Below are positions 13,396 to 25,482 of a DNA stretch of 64,000 nucleotides, piece by piece. The notes beneath the pieces are model-generated. The model saw nothing but the letters and a program-made list of their open reading frames with translations, was not told the DNA's origin and ran no database searches. Location of the stretch: contig NC_068991.1 of the NCBI RefSeq assembly GCF_001194135.2, positions 44,465,317-44,529,316 of the forward strand, in the 5' to 3' direction. Within the stretch, counting starts at the first letter, position 1, and every line of letters begins with the position of its first letter. The DNA comes from Octopus bimaculoides (lineage: Eukaryota). The position numbers and the translations under genes were made by a program.

Positions 13396-13992
13396 TGATG
13401 CAGTACCAAGCAGTGGCTCTCATGGCTTTTGATCTTAACTGATTGGAAGTGTTATCATGTACATTGTTTTGTCTTGGTATAAAAGATGGGCTACAGCAAA
13501 TATTCTGCTCAATACCACAGATTTGCTTGTCAGTTGTTTGACCTTAACTAGTTGGGCATGTCCCATCCCTGATCATGAACATAAGTAGTGGGGGAGCATT
13601 ATAGCCATGTGTTGAGAGGAATTCTTTGGGGTTTGATGAAACAAGAGACCATCTCATCTTGGGATGTCCTGTGCTGCCACCAAATGAATGCAAAAATTGC
13701 CACATGGGTGTTTCATTCAACATCCTTAAACAACCCTTAATTAAGGACCTTTTGAGAAGGATGGGCTACTCAACCTGAAAAAAGTTCTAACTGGGCCCTA
13801 CCTGCAAGGTCATGTGCTGTTTATCTTGATATGAGATCACTATGTAGCTCACATATGGTTGTAATGCATATGTTTGGTGTACCCTTGTCAGACAGGTAGT
13901 CATGATGGGTATATTGGGTTTGTATAATTATACTCCATCAAAGTGCATGCTATTAAAGTGTCACTTTGATGGCATGCACTGCTCTTTCACTC
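13395..13992 (+). mobile_element. Non-coding TAA-flanked dispersed repeat, copy 1 (putative non-autonomous element)
   Basis: Aligns end to end with 16848-17388 and 18557-19131. Starts tgatgcagtacc, ends cactc+(AAT)n. Confidence 0.8.
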
Positions 13993-14005
13993 AATAATAA
14001 TAATA

Positions 14006-14565
<560 letters not shown>

Positions 14566-16794
14566 AAAAGAAGAAAAAGTAATCTGAAGGGATGCACTGA
14601 GGCATTGATATGCAGCATCCAGGAACAAGCTCTGAGAACTAACTACATCAAGTTCCAAATAGATAAGAGCAGTGAATAGCCCCCTTGTAGGATGTGTGAC
14701 AGCAGAAATAAAACAATCTTACATATTGTGAGTGAGTGTAGCAACCTGACTCGAAAGCACTACAAAAGGAAACACGATAATGTGGCTAAATTTATTCGCT
14801 GGAGTCTATGTAAATAGTACAGCTTGGACATTGCACAGAAATGGTACAAACATGAACCAGAAGTCACTGAGAACAAGGAATATAAGATACTGTAGGATTT
14901 TACAATCCAATGTGACTCCCTAATCAATGCTTGGAGACCAGATATTGTTGTGGTAGATAAAGGAGAAAAGCAAACCAAGATTAAAGATATTGCAATACCT
15001 GGGGATGTGCACACAAATGACAAAGAACTAGAAAAGATGGAAAAGTGCAGACTATTAAAATTACAAGTATGTGGACTATAAGGAGAGTGTCTGTCATTCC
15101 AGTAGTTGTAGGGGCAATTAGAGCATTAGCAACCAAGTTCAAGAAATATGTCAGAGAAATCAGAATTGACATGAGAGCAGAGCAAGCCCCAAAAAGTGTT
15201 CTGTTGGGGGAAGCTAGGATTTTGAGATTGGTACTTTGGTGTTGAATTTCTTCCGTGATAATTTACAACCAATTATCAAAGATTATAATGTGTGGAAAGA
15301 GACCCTGTGAGACCTCTGACAGTAGGCTGCTGTCTGCTCTCACAGAATCAACCTGAGCAAACAAGACTGAGTGCTCTGAGAAGTAAAACAACAACAGCAA
15401 CAACAATAGTAATAATGTGGAACAAAATCCTGAGCTTGGTTAGAAAAAGACTAATTAAAAAAGAAACAAATAGCCTTATTGTAATAGCCCATGATCAAGC
15501 GATAAAAACAAACAACTTGAGGCAAAATAGGGAGAATGTGTCAGAAAAATGTAGTCTGTAGAACTTGGAATGAGACAGTGACACACATTGTTGCAGAATG
15601 TCCCAAGTTGGCACAGGAAGTATATAAGAAATGGAGGTATGATCAAGAAGTTTTACCAGAAATGGGGATTTGAAGCTGGAGACATATGGTATGATCATTG
15701 GGTCAAAAGAGCACTGGAGTCAGAGAAATGTAAGATTTTGTAAGACTTTCCTATTCAAATGGACAAGAAGCTAGAAAATAATAGACCAGACATAGCAATA
15801 ATAGAGTGAAGTTGCTTACTAATTGATCCATCATGTCCATTTGATGAAAAAGAAAAGAAAAAAGACAGAAAAAAAAAACAATCCCTTAAGATTTGAAATT
15901 GCAAGAATTTGAAGTATGAAAGCTGTAATTGTACCTATAATAAATGGTACATTAGAACTGTAAAGATATAGACAAATGGTCAAAGGAGATTGGAAAAGAA
16001 TGTCCAGTAGAGCTTTCTACAGAAAGTTAGGGACAGGAAAGATTATCAGGAGGGTTCTAAGCACTTGAAAAACCATTGAAAACTTGTGGATACCAAAGGT
16101 TACAGTTAGTAATCTGCTACCGACATAAATCCTACCAGGAATAAGATGACACTTAAGTCAACTCAAAAATAATAGTAATAATGAGCAGAATTGACAACAC
16201 TACCGAAAGCAACAAATGCAGAATATATGGTGAGAGGAGTGAAACGGTATGGCACATTGTTAGCAAATGCCTGAATGTAATTACAAAAGGTGACATGACA
16301 ATGTGGCAAGAATGATCCATTGAGAGCTCTGTGGAAATCACAGCCTACAAAAAGCAAAGACGTGGTATGAACAAACCTCAGAAGGAGTCTCTGAGAATGA
16401 AGATTGCAAAATTCTGTGGGATGCTATGATTCAATGCGTTTACCTGACCAGACATCGGAAACTGGACATTGTTGTGATTAATAAAAAAGAAAGAACTTGC
16501 AGGATAATCAACATAACATGCCCTGGTTAGAACGGGATCAAAGAGAAAGAAGAAAACTGAACAACTATGATAATTTGAAATGGGAAATATGAAAGTTGTG
16601 GTCAATGAGGAGAGTAGACATGATACCAATAGTAACTGGTAGTATCAACACTCAACTACCAGCATGGCTCAAAAAGATGGTACAAATGTAAAGATAAAAC
16701 ACCTACAAAAATCAGCATTGCAGGGTTCTTGAAGCAAGTGTGAGCTTAGTCACTTTCCACCATACCCTGCAAAGTAAGCTGTGAGTTTTCATCA

Positions 16795-16795
<1 letters not shown>
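14566..16795 (+). mobile_element. Three consecutive R4/Dong-type LINE 3' fragments (~14566-15400, ~15415-16160, ~16165-16795)
   Basis: Each shows degenerate QEQAL/AHDQAI, C..C...E...HI..EC, W..YGL...WY.H.P, LWDF.IQ.D, RPDI and VPVVVGALG-like motifs. Confidence 0.75.
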
Positions 16796-16838
<43 letters not shown>

Positions 16839-16847
16839 TAATAATAA

Positions 16848-17388
16848 ATGCCAGGATGCAGTACCAGGCAGTGGCTCTCATGGCTTCTAATTTTAACTGA
16901 TTGGAAGTGTTATCATGTACATTGTTTTGTCTTGGTATAAAAATGGGCTACAGAAAATATTCTGCTCAATGACACAGATTTGCCTGTCAGTTGTTTGACC
17001 TTAACTAGTTGAGCATGTCCCATAGTGACTGACAATATGTGCATTTCTGATCATGAGCAGAAGTAGTGGAGGAGCATCATAGCCATGTGTTGAGAGGAAT
17101 TCTTTGGGATTTGAATAATTCACCTCTGGAAACATGGATGTTTTGTTCATCATCCTTAAACAAACCTTATTGAGGGACCTTTTGAGTGGGGTGGGCTTCT
17201 CAACCTGAAGAAAATTCTAACTGGGCCCCGCCTACAAGGTCATGTGTTGCTTATCTTGTCACACACATATGGTTGTGATGCATGTGCCTGGTGTGCTCTT
17301 ATCAGATGGGTAGTCAAGATGGGTATACTGGGCTTCGTATGATTGTACTCCAGTATCACTTTGATGGCATGCACCTGCTCTCTCACTC
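16848..17388 (+). mobile_element. Non-coding TAA-flanked dispersed repeat, copy 2
   Basis: Homologous to copy 1; (TAA)n on both sides. Confidence 0.8.
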
Positions 17389-17419
17389 AATAATAATAAT
17401 AATAATAATAATAATAATT

Positions 17420-18308
17420 TTGACTGATAAATGGCATGGAAAACCTCTCAATGGCAAATACCCAAAGAAAGCGAATAATGCAGATGTTGACAAAGCCCTT
17501 ACCCATCAATGGCTAATGGCCTCTGGCTTGAAATCAGAAACAGAGTGGTTTATCATAGCAGCACAAGATCAATGCTTACCTACAAGGAACTACCAGGCCA
17601 ACATATCAAAGAACAGCAGCTCCCCATTCTGTTGTATATGCCAACAACAAAATGAGACCATCGATCATGTTGTCTCCATGTGCAGTCTGCTTGCGTCTAC
17701 AGAGTATCTCAACAGGCATGATTGAGCTGCACAATATATTCACTGGGTAATATGCAAAAGCATGGACTTGCCCTATGATAAAAATTGGTGGGAACACAAA
17801 CCACCCCTGTATTTGAAAATGATCACATCGCACTGCTCTGGAACTTCACCATTCAAACTGACAGAAAGATAGACGAAAATAGGTCAGACATCATACTGAA
17901 AGACTTCAGACAAAAATCATGCCTCCTCATTGATATGACTGTCCAAATCGATATNNNNNNNNNNNNNNNNNNNNNNNNNNNNNNNNNNNNNNNNNNNNNN
18001 NNNNNNNNNNNNNNNNNNNNNNNNNNNNNNNNNNNNNNNNNNNNNNNNNNNNNNNNNNNNNNNNNNNNNNNNNNNNNNNNNNNNNNNNNNNNNCCTACGC
18101 AAAATACTTTCTATTTAATCTCAAATTTTAAAACAAATACATAATTTTCTTATGGTTTCTTAAACATTCTCTAAAACAACACTATGTACAAAACCAAATA
18201 TATGGCACCCTAGGCATAACACCAGCATGAACTTCTAACTTGTTGTCTCTTGAGGTCTCTGGGTGAGACTAGGAGCCAACTTGTACAAATGTAAAGCAAA
18301 AGTCAAAC

Positions 18309-18310
<2 letters not shown>
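17420..18310 (+). mobile_element. R4/Dong-type LINE 3' fragment (contains assembly gap)
   Basis: DKWHGKPLNGKYP...THQWLMASGLKSETEWFIIAAQDQCLPTRNYQA...CCICQQQNETIDHVVSMC...LLWNFTIQTDRKI; (TAA)n tail at 18308. Confidence 0.88.
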
Positions 18311-18348
<38 letters not shown>

Positions 18349-18556
18349 TAATAATAATAATGGTTTCAAATTTTGGCACAGAACCAGCAGTTTTTGAGGG
18401 GAGAGGGAAGTCGATTACATCAACTCTAGTACTTGACTAGTACTTATCTTTATTGAAAGTAAAGTTGATATCAGGAGTATTTGAACTCAGAACATAAATA
18501 TGGACACAATGCCACAAAGCATTTTGTCTGGCATGCAATAATAAAAATAAAAGACC

Positions 18557-19131
18557 TGATGCAATACAAAGTAATGGTTCTCATGGCTTCTGATCTTAAA
18601 CGATTGGAAGTGTTTACATGTATACATTTTTGTCTTGGTGTAAAAGATGGGCTACAGAAAATATTCTGCTCAATACCACAGATTTGCTTGACCTTAACCA
18701 GTAGAGTATATCCCTTAGTGGCTAATGGTATGTGCATCTCTGATCATGAGCAGGAGGCAAGGGGGAACATCACAGCCATGTGTTGAGAGGGATTCTCTGA
18801 GGTTTGAATAGTTCACCCTTGTAAAAATGTCTTTCATTCATTGTTTTTAAGCTTTGAGCTGAAACTATTAAAAAAAAAAACAAAAAACCCTTAATCAGGG
18901 ACCTTTTGAGCAGGATGGGCTACTCAGCCTGAAGAAAATTCTAACTGGACCCCACCTGCAAGGTCATGTGCTGTTTATTTTGATATGCTATTTATTTTGA
19001 TATCATGCACATATGGTTGTGTTGCATGTTCTTGGTGTACCTTTTTCAAATGAGTAGTCATGATGGGTATATTCAGCTTCCTATATTTGTATTCTCACAT
19101 CACTTTGATGCCATGTACTGCTCTCTCACTC
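18557..19131 (+). mobile_element. Non-coding TAA-flanked dispersed repeat, copy 3
   Basis: Homologous to copies 1 and 2 but more diverged. Confidence 0.75.
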
Positions 19132-20492
19132 AATAATAATAATAATAGATTTTGATTTAGGCTCAAAACCATTAATTGTAAATAGAGTGGGTAACTTGAT
19201 ATTATTGATCTCAGTACTTGACTAGAACTTTATTTTGTCAACACCAAAAGGAAGAAAGGTAAAGCTGATCTCAGCAGGAACTTAACTCAGAATAAAGAGC
19301 TGGAAGAAATGTCACAAGAAATGCTCTAATAATTCTTCTAGAAATATACTACGATGGAGATGAAACATGTAAAAAATCATAAAAAAGTGCTGGAATGAGT
19401 CTTCATGATGGTGAGAATAGCAAATCCTTAGATGTAGAAGCATACAAAGATCATGGAATGCTAGAAAGAATAGAAATGAAAGAAGTCATCAATAAAGAAT
19501 ATTTCTGAAAAATTAAGATTTAAAATCCAGATTGAATGCAATCAACTTGGAGATAGTATCACTTATAAAGTATGGCACAGAAATCATTGAGTGGAGAAAG
19601 GATGACTTAAAAGATATTGACAGAAAGGAGAAAAACTGGCTCACAATGGACTGAAGCATGTACCCCCACCCAATTGGATTTCAACCATTTACATTGGAAA
19701 GAAACAGACGAAGAAAGAAAGTTAATGTGTGTTAAAGAAGTTGTAGATTTATGGAGCATAAGTCTAAAATTCAATCTAGAAAAGAAAGAAGTTTGAGGTG
19801 GTAAGAAGAGGTTTCTTTACAGAGTTGGTAGAACCCAAATGATAAAATAGGAAAATGTGGGAGAAAAAAAATCAAATCTGAAAAAAGCTTACATCAGAGT
19901 TTTCACAAAAATAAAAGAGACAAGGGATAACATGGACTCCTGACTTGGTTAAAGAAAGAAGTGTTGAAGAAAAAGACTAATTTTAGCAGCTCAAGAATAG
20001 TCTGTAAGAGTAAATGGGATCATGAGAAAGATAGAAAGGGAAGACTTCACTCAAATGTTGAATATGTAATGAAACAGATGAGACTGAGGCTCACATTATA
20101 TGAAAATTGGCTCACAGCTCAGAATGAATATGAAAAATACAGACATAATAAAATTGTGGAAATAGTTCATTGGAAGTTTTGAATGTACAGAAAAGAATTA
20201 TGGTCACTTTGTGGGAATAGATATGAAAGACATTGAAAACAATGAGGTGAGGTTTGTTACAGAACTTTTCCATGCAAACCGAAAGGGAAATAGAGCACAG
20301 CAAGTTGGATGTTGTAGCTGTTGATAATAATAAGAAAATGTGCCTTGTAAGTGATGTGACATGCCCCTTTGATATCAGAGTTAATAATAAGTAGAATATT
20401 ATACTGGCTTGAAGTGTTAAATTCTCAAATGGTGGAATACAGAAACTGACAAAGTCATAACCTGGCCAGTTATTGTTGATGTTTTGGAAACT

Positions 20493-22620
20493 CATCATCA
20501 TCATCATCATCATCATCATTTAACGTCCACTTTCCATGCAAGCATGGGTTGGATGATTTGAGTGGGGACTGGTGAACCAGATGGCTACACCAGATGGCTA
20601 CACCAGATGGCTACACCAGATGGCTACACCAGATGGCTACACCAGATGGCTACACCAGATGGCTACACCAGACTCCAATCTGATCTGGCAGNNNNNNNNN
20701 NACCAGATGGCTACACCAGATGGCTACACCAGACTCCAATCTGATCTGGCAGAGTTTCTACAGCTGGATGCCCTTCCTAATGCCAACCATTCCGAGAGTG
20801 TAGTGGGTGCTTTTTATGTGCCACTGGCATGGGGACCAGTCCAGCAGTACTGGCAATGGCCACGCTCAAATGGTGTTTTTTACGTGTCACCTGCACAGGA
20901 GTGAGTCCAGTGTTTTGTTCACATGCCACTGGCACAATTGCCAGTAAGGCGAAGCTGGAAACGATCGTACTCAAATGGTGTTTTTTACGTGCCACTGGCA
21001 CGGAAGCAAGACCGCTGCTCTGGCAGTGATCCCACTCGGATGGTACTGTTAGTGCTCCACTGGCATGGGTGCCAGTCATCGAATTTGATTCAGTTTCGAT
21101 CGATCTCACTTGCTCCAACAGGTCTTTGCAAGCTGAGTTTAGTGTCCAAAGAAGGAAAGGTACGCATATGTGGGCTGGCTACACCCCTGATAAAGGCCAC
21201 GGATTATGGTCTCACTTGTCTTGCCGGGTTTTCTCACACACACCGTATTTCCAAAGGTCTCGGTCACTAGTCATTGCCTTGGTGAGGCCTAATGTTTGAA
21301 GGTCGTACTTCACCACCTCATCCCAGATCTTCCTGGGTCTATCTCTTCCGCAGGTACCCTCAACTGCTAGGCAGTGGCACTTTTTCACACAGCTATCCTC
21401 ATCCATTCTCACCATATGACCATATCAGCACAATCATCTCTCTTGCACACAACTGATGCTTCTTAGGTTCAACTTTTCTCTCAAGATACTTACACTCTGT
21501 CGAGTATGCACACTGACATTACACATCCATCGGAGCATACTGGCTTCATTCCTTGCAAGCTTACGCATGTCCTCAGCAGTCACGGCCCATGTTTCACTGC
21601 CATGTAGCATAGCTGTTTGTACACATGCATCATACAGTCTGCCTTTTACTCTGAATGAGAGGCTCTTTGGCACCAGCAGAGGTAAGAGCTCTCTGAACTT
21701 TGCCCAGGCTATTCTTATTCTAGCAACTACACTTTCTGCGCACCCTCCCCCACTACTAATTTGGTCACCTAGATAGCGGAAGCTATCAACTACTTCTAGT
21801 TTTTCTTCCTGGAATGTGACAGAAGTTGTTTTCTGCACATTTTCAGTGTTTATTGCTCCTGAGCATCTGCCACATACAAAAATTATCTTGCTAGTCAGCC
21901 TTCCTTTGATATTGCTGCACTTCTTATGTGTCCATAGCTTACACTGGGTACATCTTATAGAGTTTCTACCTATGCCTTTTCTACAGATCGAACAGGGCCA
22001 TCTACCTAAAGGGGTTTGTGTTTTGTATACATTTCTACTTATTAGGACTTTGGTTTTAGCTAGGTTGACTCTAAGGCCCTTCGATTCTAATCCTTGCTTC
22101 CACATCTGAAACTTCTCTAGTTCTGATAGTGACTCAGCAATTAGAACAAGGTCATCAGCATAGAGGAGCTCCCAGGGGCAACCTGTCTTGAATTCCTGTG
22201 TTATTGCCTGTAGGACTATGATGAATAAGAGGGGTCTGAGGACTGAACCTTGGTGGACCCTTCCTCTACCTGGAATTCTTCACTGTGCTCGTTGCCAACC
22301 CTCCTTACTGACAGCATCCCTGTACATGGCTCGCACAGCTCTCACTAACCATTTTATCCATAGTTTCCTCATTGACAACCAGATAAGAGAACGGGGGACC
22401 CTGTCAAAGGCTTTCTCCATGTCAACGAAAGCCAGGTACAGAGGTTTATCTTTGGCTAGGTATTTTTCCTGCAGCTGTCTTACCAGAAATATAGTATCAG
22501 TGATGCTTTTCCTTGACATAAACCCAAACTGCATCTCATCTAAGCTGACTCTCTCCCTAATTAGTTGGGCTATGACCCTCTCTGTGACCTTCATTACCTG
22601 GTCCAACAACTTGATACCTC
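20493..22620 (-). mobile_element. 5'-truncated RTE-clade LINE with (ATG)n tail
   Basis: LDQVMKVTERVIAQLIRERVSLDEMQFGFM...LYLAFVDMEKAFDRVPR, YADDL region, GLRVNLAKTKVL, FRYLGDQI, LHGSETW; ~700-bp 3' UTR; (CAT)n on + at 20493-20519. Confidence 0.93.
20577..20740. repeat. 13-bp tandem repeat CCAGATGGCTACA in the RTE 3' UTR
   Basis: 7 perfect units from 20577 to 20667, plus about 2 more after a 10-N gap. Confidence 0.92.
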
Positions 22621-23221
22621 ACTATAAGAAATAATTTGTGAGTAAACCTTAGGAAGCTTGATCTTAATACGAAAGCAGGAGCAGTGCAGAAAACTTCACT
22701 CACATCAGCAAAAATAATCCAAAATGTCCTTGATAGAAAGTAAGAACAGATGAGAACAGCAAGGAAGAATCGAAATAGGAGGGAAGGAACAAGAAAGATT
22801 CTGATCCTAGAGAATCTTTCTAACTCCTTCTTTTCTATTAACTATGGTTTGGTAAACATTTTCCAACATTAATACAGCAAAATAATAATGATACTAATTA
22901 TTTCTACTATAATAATATGAATATAATCAAAACAAAAACAATTTGAAGCATGAGTATTATATGTGTAAGAAATTTTATTTACAAAGCCAGCGCCCTAAAC
23001 AAAAACTAACGAATGAGATGTTAAGGGATAGGGAGAATGTAAAGGATTGGGTATATGAATAAAAGGGTGGAAGAAATCACTTAGAGTTGAAGGGAGAAGA
23101 TAAGGGAAATAGGGGGAAAGAATAGGAGAAAATATGTGGATAGAAAGGAAGAAATATGAAGGATGAAAATAAATAATTAATTATACAATTAGAATATTAA
23201 AAAAAATCAAAATAAAATTAC

Positions 23222-24218
23222 AAACAGAAGTGGGCAAGAGAAAGATCTCTTTCTTTCATAAATATCTAAAAATAAAACAAGAAAAACAAAACAGAAAACA
23301 AAAACACAAAAACAAATAAAAATGACTGTAAGTTGTAGTAATAGTAGTAGTAGTAGTCGTGGTGGTGGTAGTAGTAGTAGTTGTAGTAGTAGAAAAAATA
23401 GAAAGAAGCAAAAGAAAAATTTAGAATTTAAAAATAAAAACAAAAATAAAAAGATAAAAATTAAAATTAAAAAAATTGAAAAACAGCAACAACAACTGTT
23501 TCTTACATAGTTATTATGCCCGAGATTTTATAAAGAGGGAATGTTGGTGCACATGCCTTTCCAAAGGGCTTCAGCAATATAAGTGAACAATCTAACTGAC
23601 AATTAAAATCTGTTTGCGGACTCTTGTTACTGAGAAAAAAATAAATGAATAAAATAGCAACAAAATAAAAATGGATAAAAAAATAAAAACAAAATAAAAG
23701 TAGATAAAAAAACATCTTACCATAGCACTTAATGAAAGCTTAATGACTTAAGTGTGATTTGAATTAAAGTCATGGGGAAATAGCTAAATGCCACAAGATA
23801 TTTTAAATCTGGTACTGCTTGTAGCACTATTGTTTCTGACAGATTAAAAAATAAAATAACTTCTAATTTCAGAGACGGTTTAATTGGACTCAGTACTTGA
23901 CTAGTACTTGCTTTATTGATTCCCAAAGAATAAAAGGCAAAACTGACACCAGCAGGACTTGAACTTGTAATATACAAAGTATATAACAACATATTATAAG
24001 TGTAGTTAGGCCTTCGTACTTTGTCATTTTATGGTGTATCTTTAGACAACTGGGTTTTAGACAAGGTACAAAGAACTCACATTCTATGAAGAGTAAAATG
24101 GGAAGGATATCATTAATGAAGTGAATGGCTTCAAGTGGGGATGGAAACCACACTAGCTTTCCAAATGACACCAGTCACTATGAAATCTCACAAAAATGGT
24201 AATAAGGTTAACTATACA
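23222..24218 (-). ncRNA. Candidate spliced non-coding transcript (exons 24081-24218, 23721-23835, 23507-23629, 23222-23265)
   Basis: Predicted from splice signals only. Donors GTGAGT, GTAAGA, GTAAGA, GTAATT; pyrimidine-rich acceptors; U-rich introns; stops in all frames of the first two exons. Confidence 0.35.
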
Positions 24219-24264
24219 CTAAAACATGGGCAAACAAATTTAGTGTGATTAATAGGTATATTTT

Positions 24265-24440
24265 ACTTTAGTCTATTTGACTGCGGCCATGCTGGAGCAC
24301 CACCTTGAAATTTTAGTCAAATGTATCGACTTGTTTTTTTTTTAAAGTCTGAACCGCTAAGTTATGGGGATGTAAACACACCAGCACCCGTAGTAAAGCA
24401 GTGGTACAGGACAAACACAGACACAAAGACACACATACAC

Positions 24441-24450
<10 letters not shown>
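24265..24450 (-). mobile_element. SINE body/tail running into a (TA)n gap
   Basis: gactgcggccatgctggagcac...gaaccgctaagttatggggatgtaaacacaccagca...gacaaacacagacac is CpG-rich repeat-like sequence. The family call rests on recognition, not on a second copy in this window. Confidence 0.55.
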
Positions 24451-24499
<49 letters not shown>

Positions 24500-24903
24500 N
24501 NNNNNNNNNNNNNNNNNNNNNNNNNNNNNNNNNNNNNNNNNNNNNNNNNNNNNNNNNNNNNNNNNNNNNNNNNNNNNNNNNNNNNNNNNNNNNNNNNNNN
24601 NNNNNNNNNNNNNNNNNNNNNNNNNNNNNNNNNNNNNNNNNNNNNNNNNNNNNNNNNNNNNNNNNNNNNNNNNNNNNNNNNNNNNNNNNNNNNNNNNNNN
24701 NNNNNNNNNNNNNNNNNNNNNNNNNNNNNNNNNNNNNNNNNNNNNNNNNNNNNNNNNNNNNNNNNNNNNNNNNNNNNNNNNNNNNNNNNNNNNNNNNNNN
24801 NNNNNNNNNNNNNNNNNNNNNNNNNNNNNNNNNNNNNNNNNNNNNNNNNNNNNNNNNNNNNNNNNNNNNNNNNNNNNNNNNNNNNNNNNNNNNNNNNNNN
24901 NNN

Positions 24904-24943
<40 letters not shown>

Positions 24944-25039
24944 AGAAGAAAATGGAAGAAACATAACAGGAAGAAGTTGATTGCTTGTGCTAGTAAGCCA
25001 TTAATTTAATTAATTAATAAAGAAAAGTGGTAGTAATAG

Positions 25040-25095
25040 TACACTTATGATCATTTCTGTTTACCAGTTGTGTTGGTAGACATCATCAGAATGCA
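25040..25095 (-). ncRNA. Type I hammerhead ribozyme motif (left arm, decayed stem III)
   Basis: tgcatt-CTGATGA-tgtc tacca(acacaac)tggta aaca-GAAA-tgatca-TA-agtgta. Long stem II is intact; stem III carries two CpG-type transitions. Confidence 0.6.
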
Positions 25096-25438
25096 TCGTC
25101 ATATGTAGAGGTAAGAAGAGCGAAAGACATAGGGATCCATTGGTAATGGGAATAAAGACAAAGAATGGTGAGTCTTACATTATAGTAGATTTCATAGTTG
25201 ATAATGCTGCTGTCAAGTGGATGCAGGTGAAAAGTCTAGCCAGAATAAGCACGTGGAAAATATGCGCTTACTTAAACTTGGGACTACAGATCAAAATAAC
25301 CTCCATCCTGTATCTACTTTGAAACAAAATTATCAACTATGAAATGTACAATAATGTAAGACTCACCATTCTTTGTCTTTATTCCCATTACCAATGGATC
25401 CCTATGTCTTTCGCTCTTCTTAACTCTACATATGACTA

Positions 25439-25482
25439 TGCATTCTGATGATGTCTGGTAAACAGAAACAATCGTAAATGTA
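25439..25482 (+). ncRNA. Type I hammerhead ribozyme motif (right arm)
   Basis: tgcatt-CTGATGA-tgt(ctggtaa)aca-GAAAC-aatc-GTA-aatgta. Stem I is 6 bp (one GU), stem II 3 bp, stem III 2 bp; GUA cleavage triplet at 25474-25476. Confidence 0.7.

Larger units (their letters stand above)
19330..22880 (+). mobile_element. Old R4/Dong-type LINE split by an RTE insertion (19330-20492 and 22621-22880)
   Basis: ...PVIVDVLET| and |IRNNL*VNLRKLDLNTKAGAVQKTSLTSAKIIQNVL join into the typical RLE C-terminus. ACT is duplicated at both junctions. Confidence 0.65.

Noticed and set aside
20958-20969. GAAACGATCGTA, identical to the inferred ancestral hammerhead stem III
   Set aside because: There is no upstream CUGANGA or stem I. 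It sits in a variant of the repeated RTE 3' UTR motif, so it is treated as coincidence.
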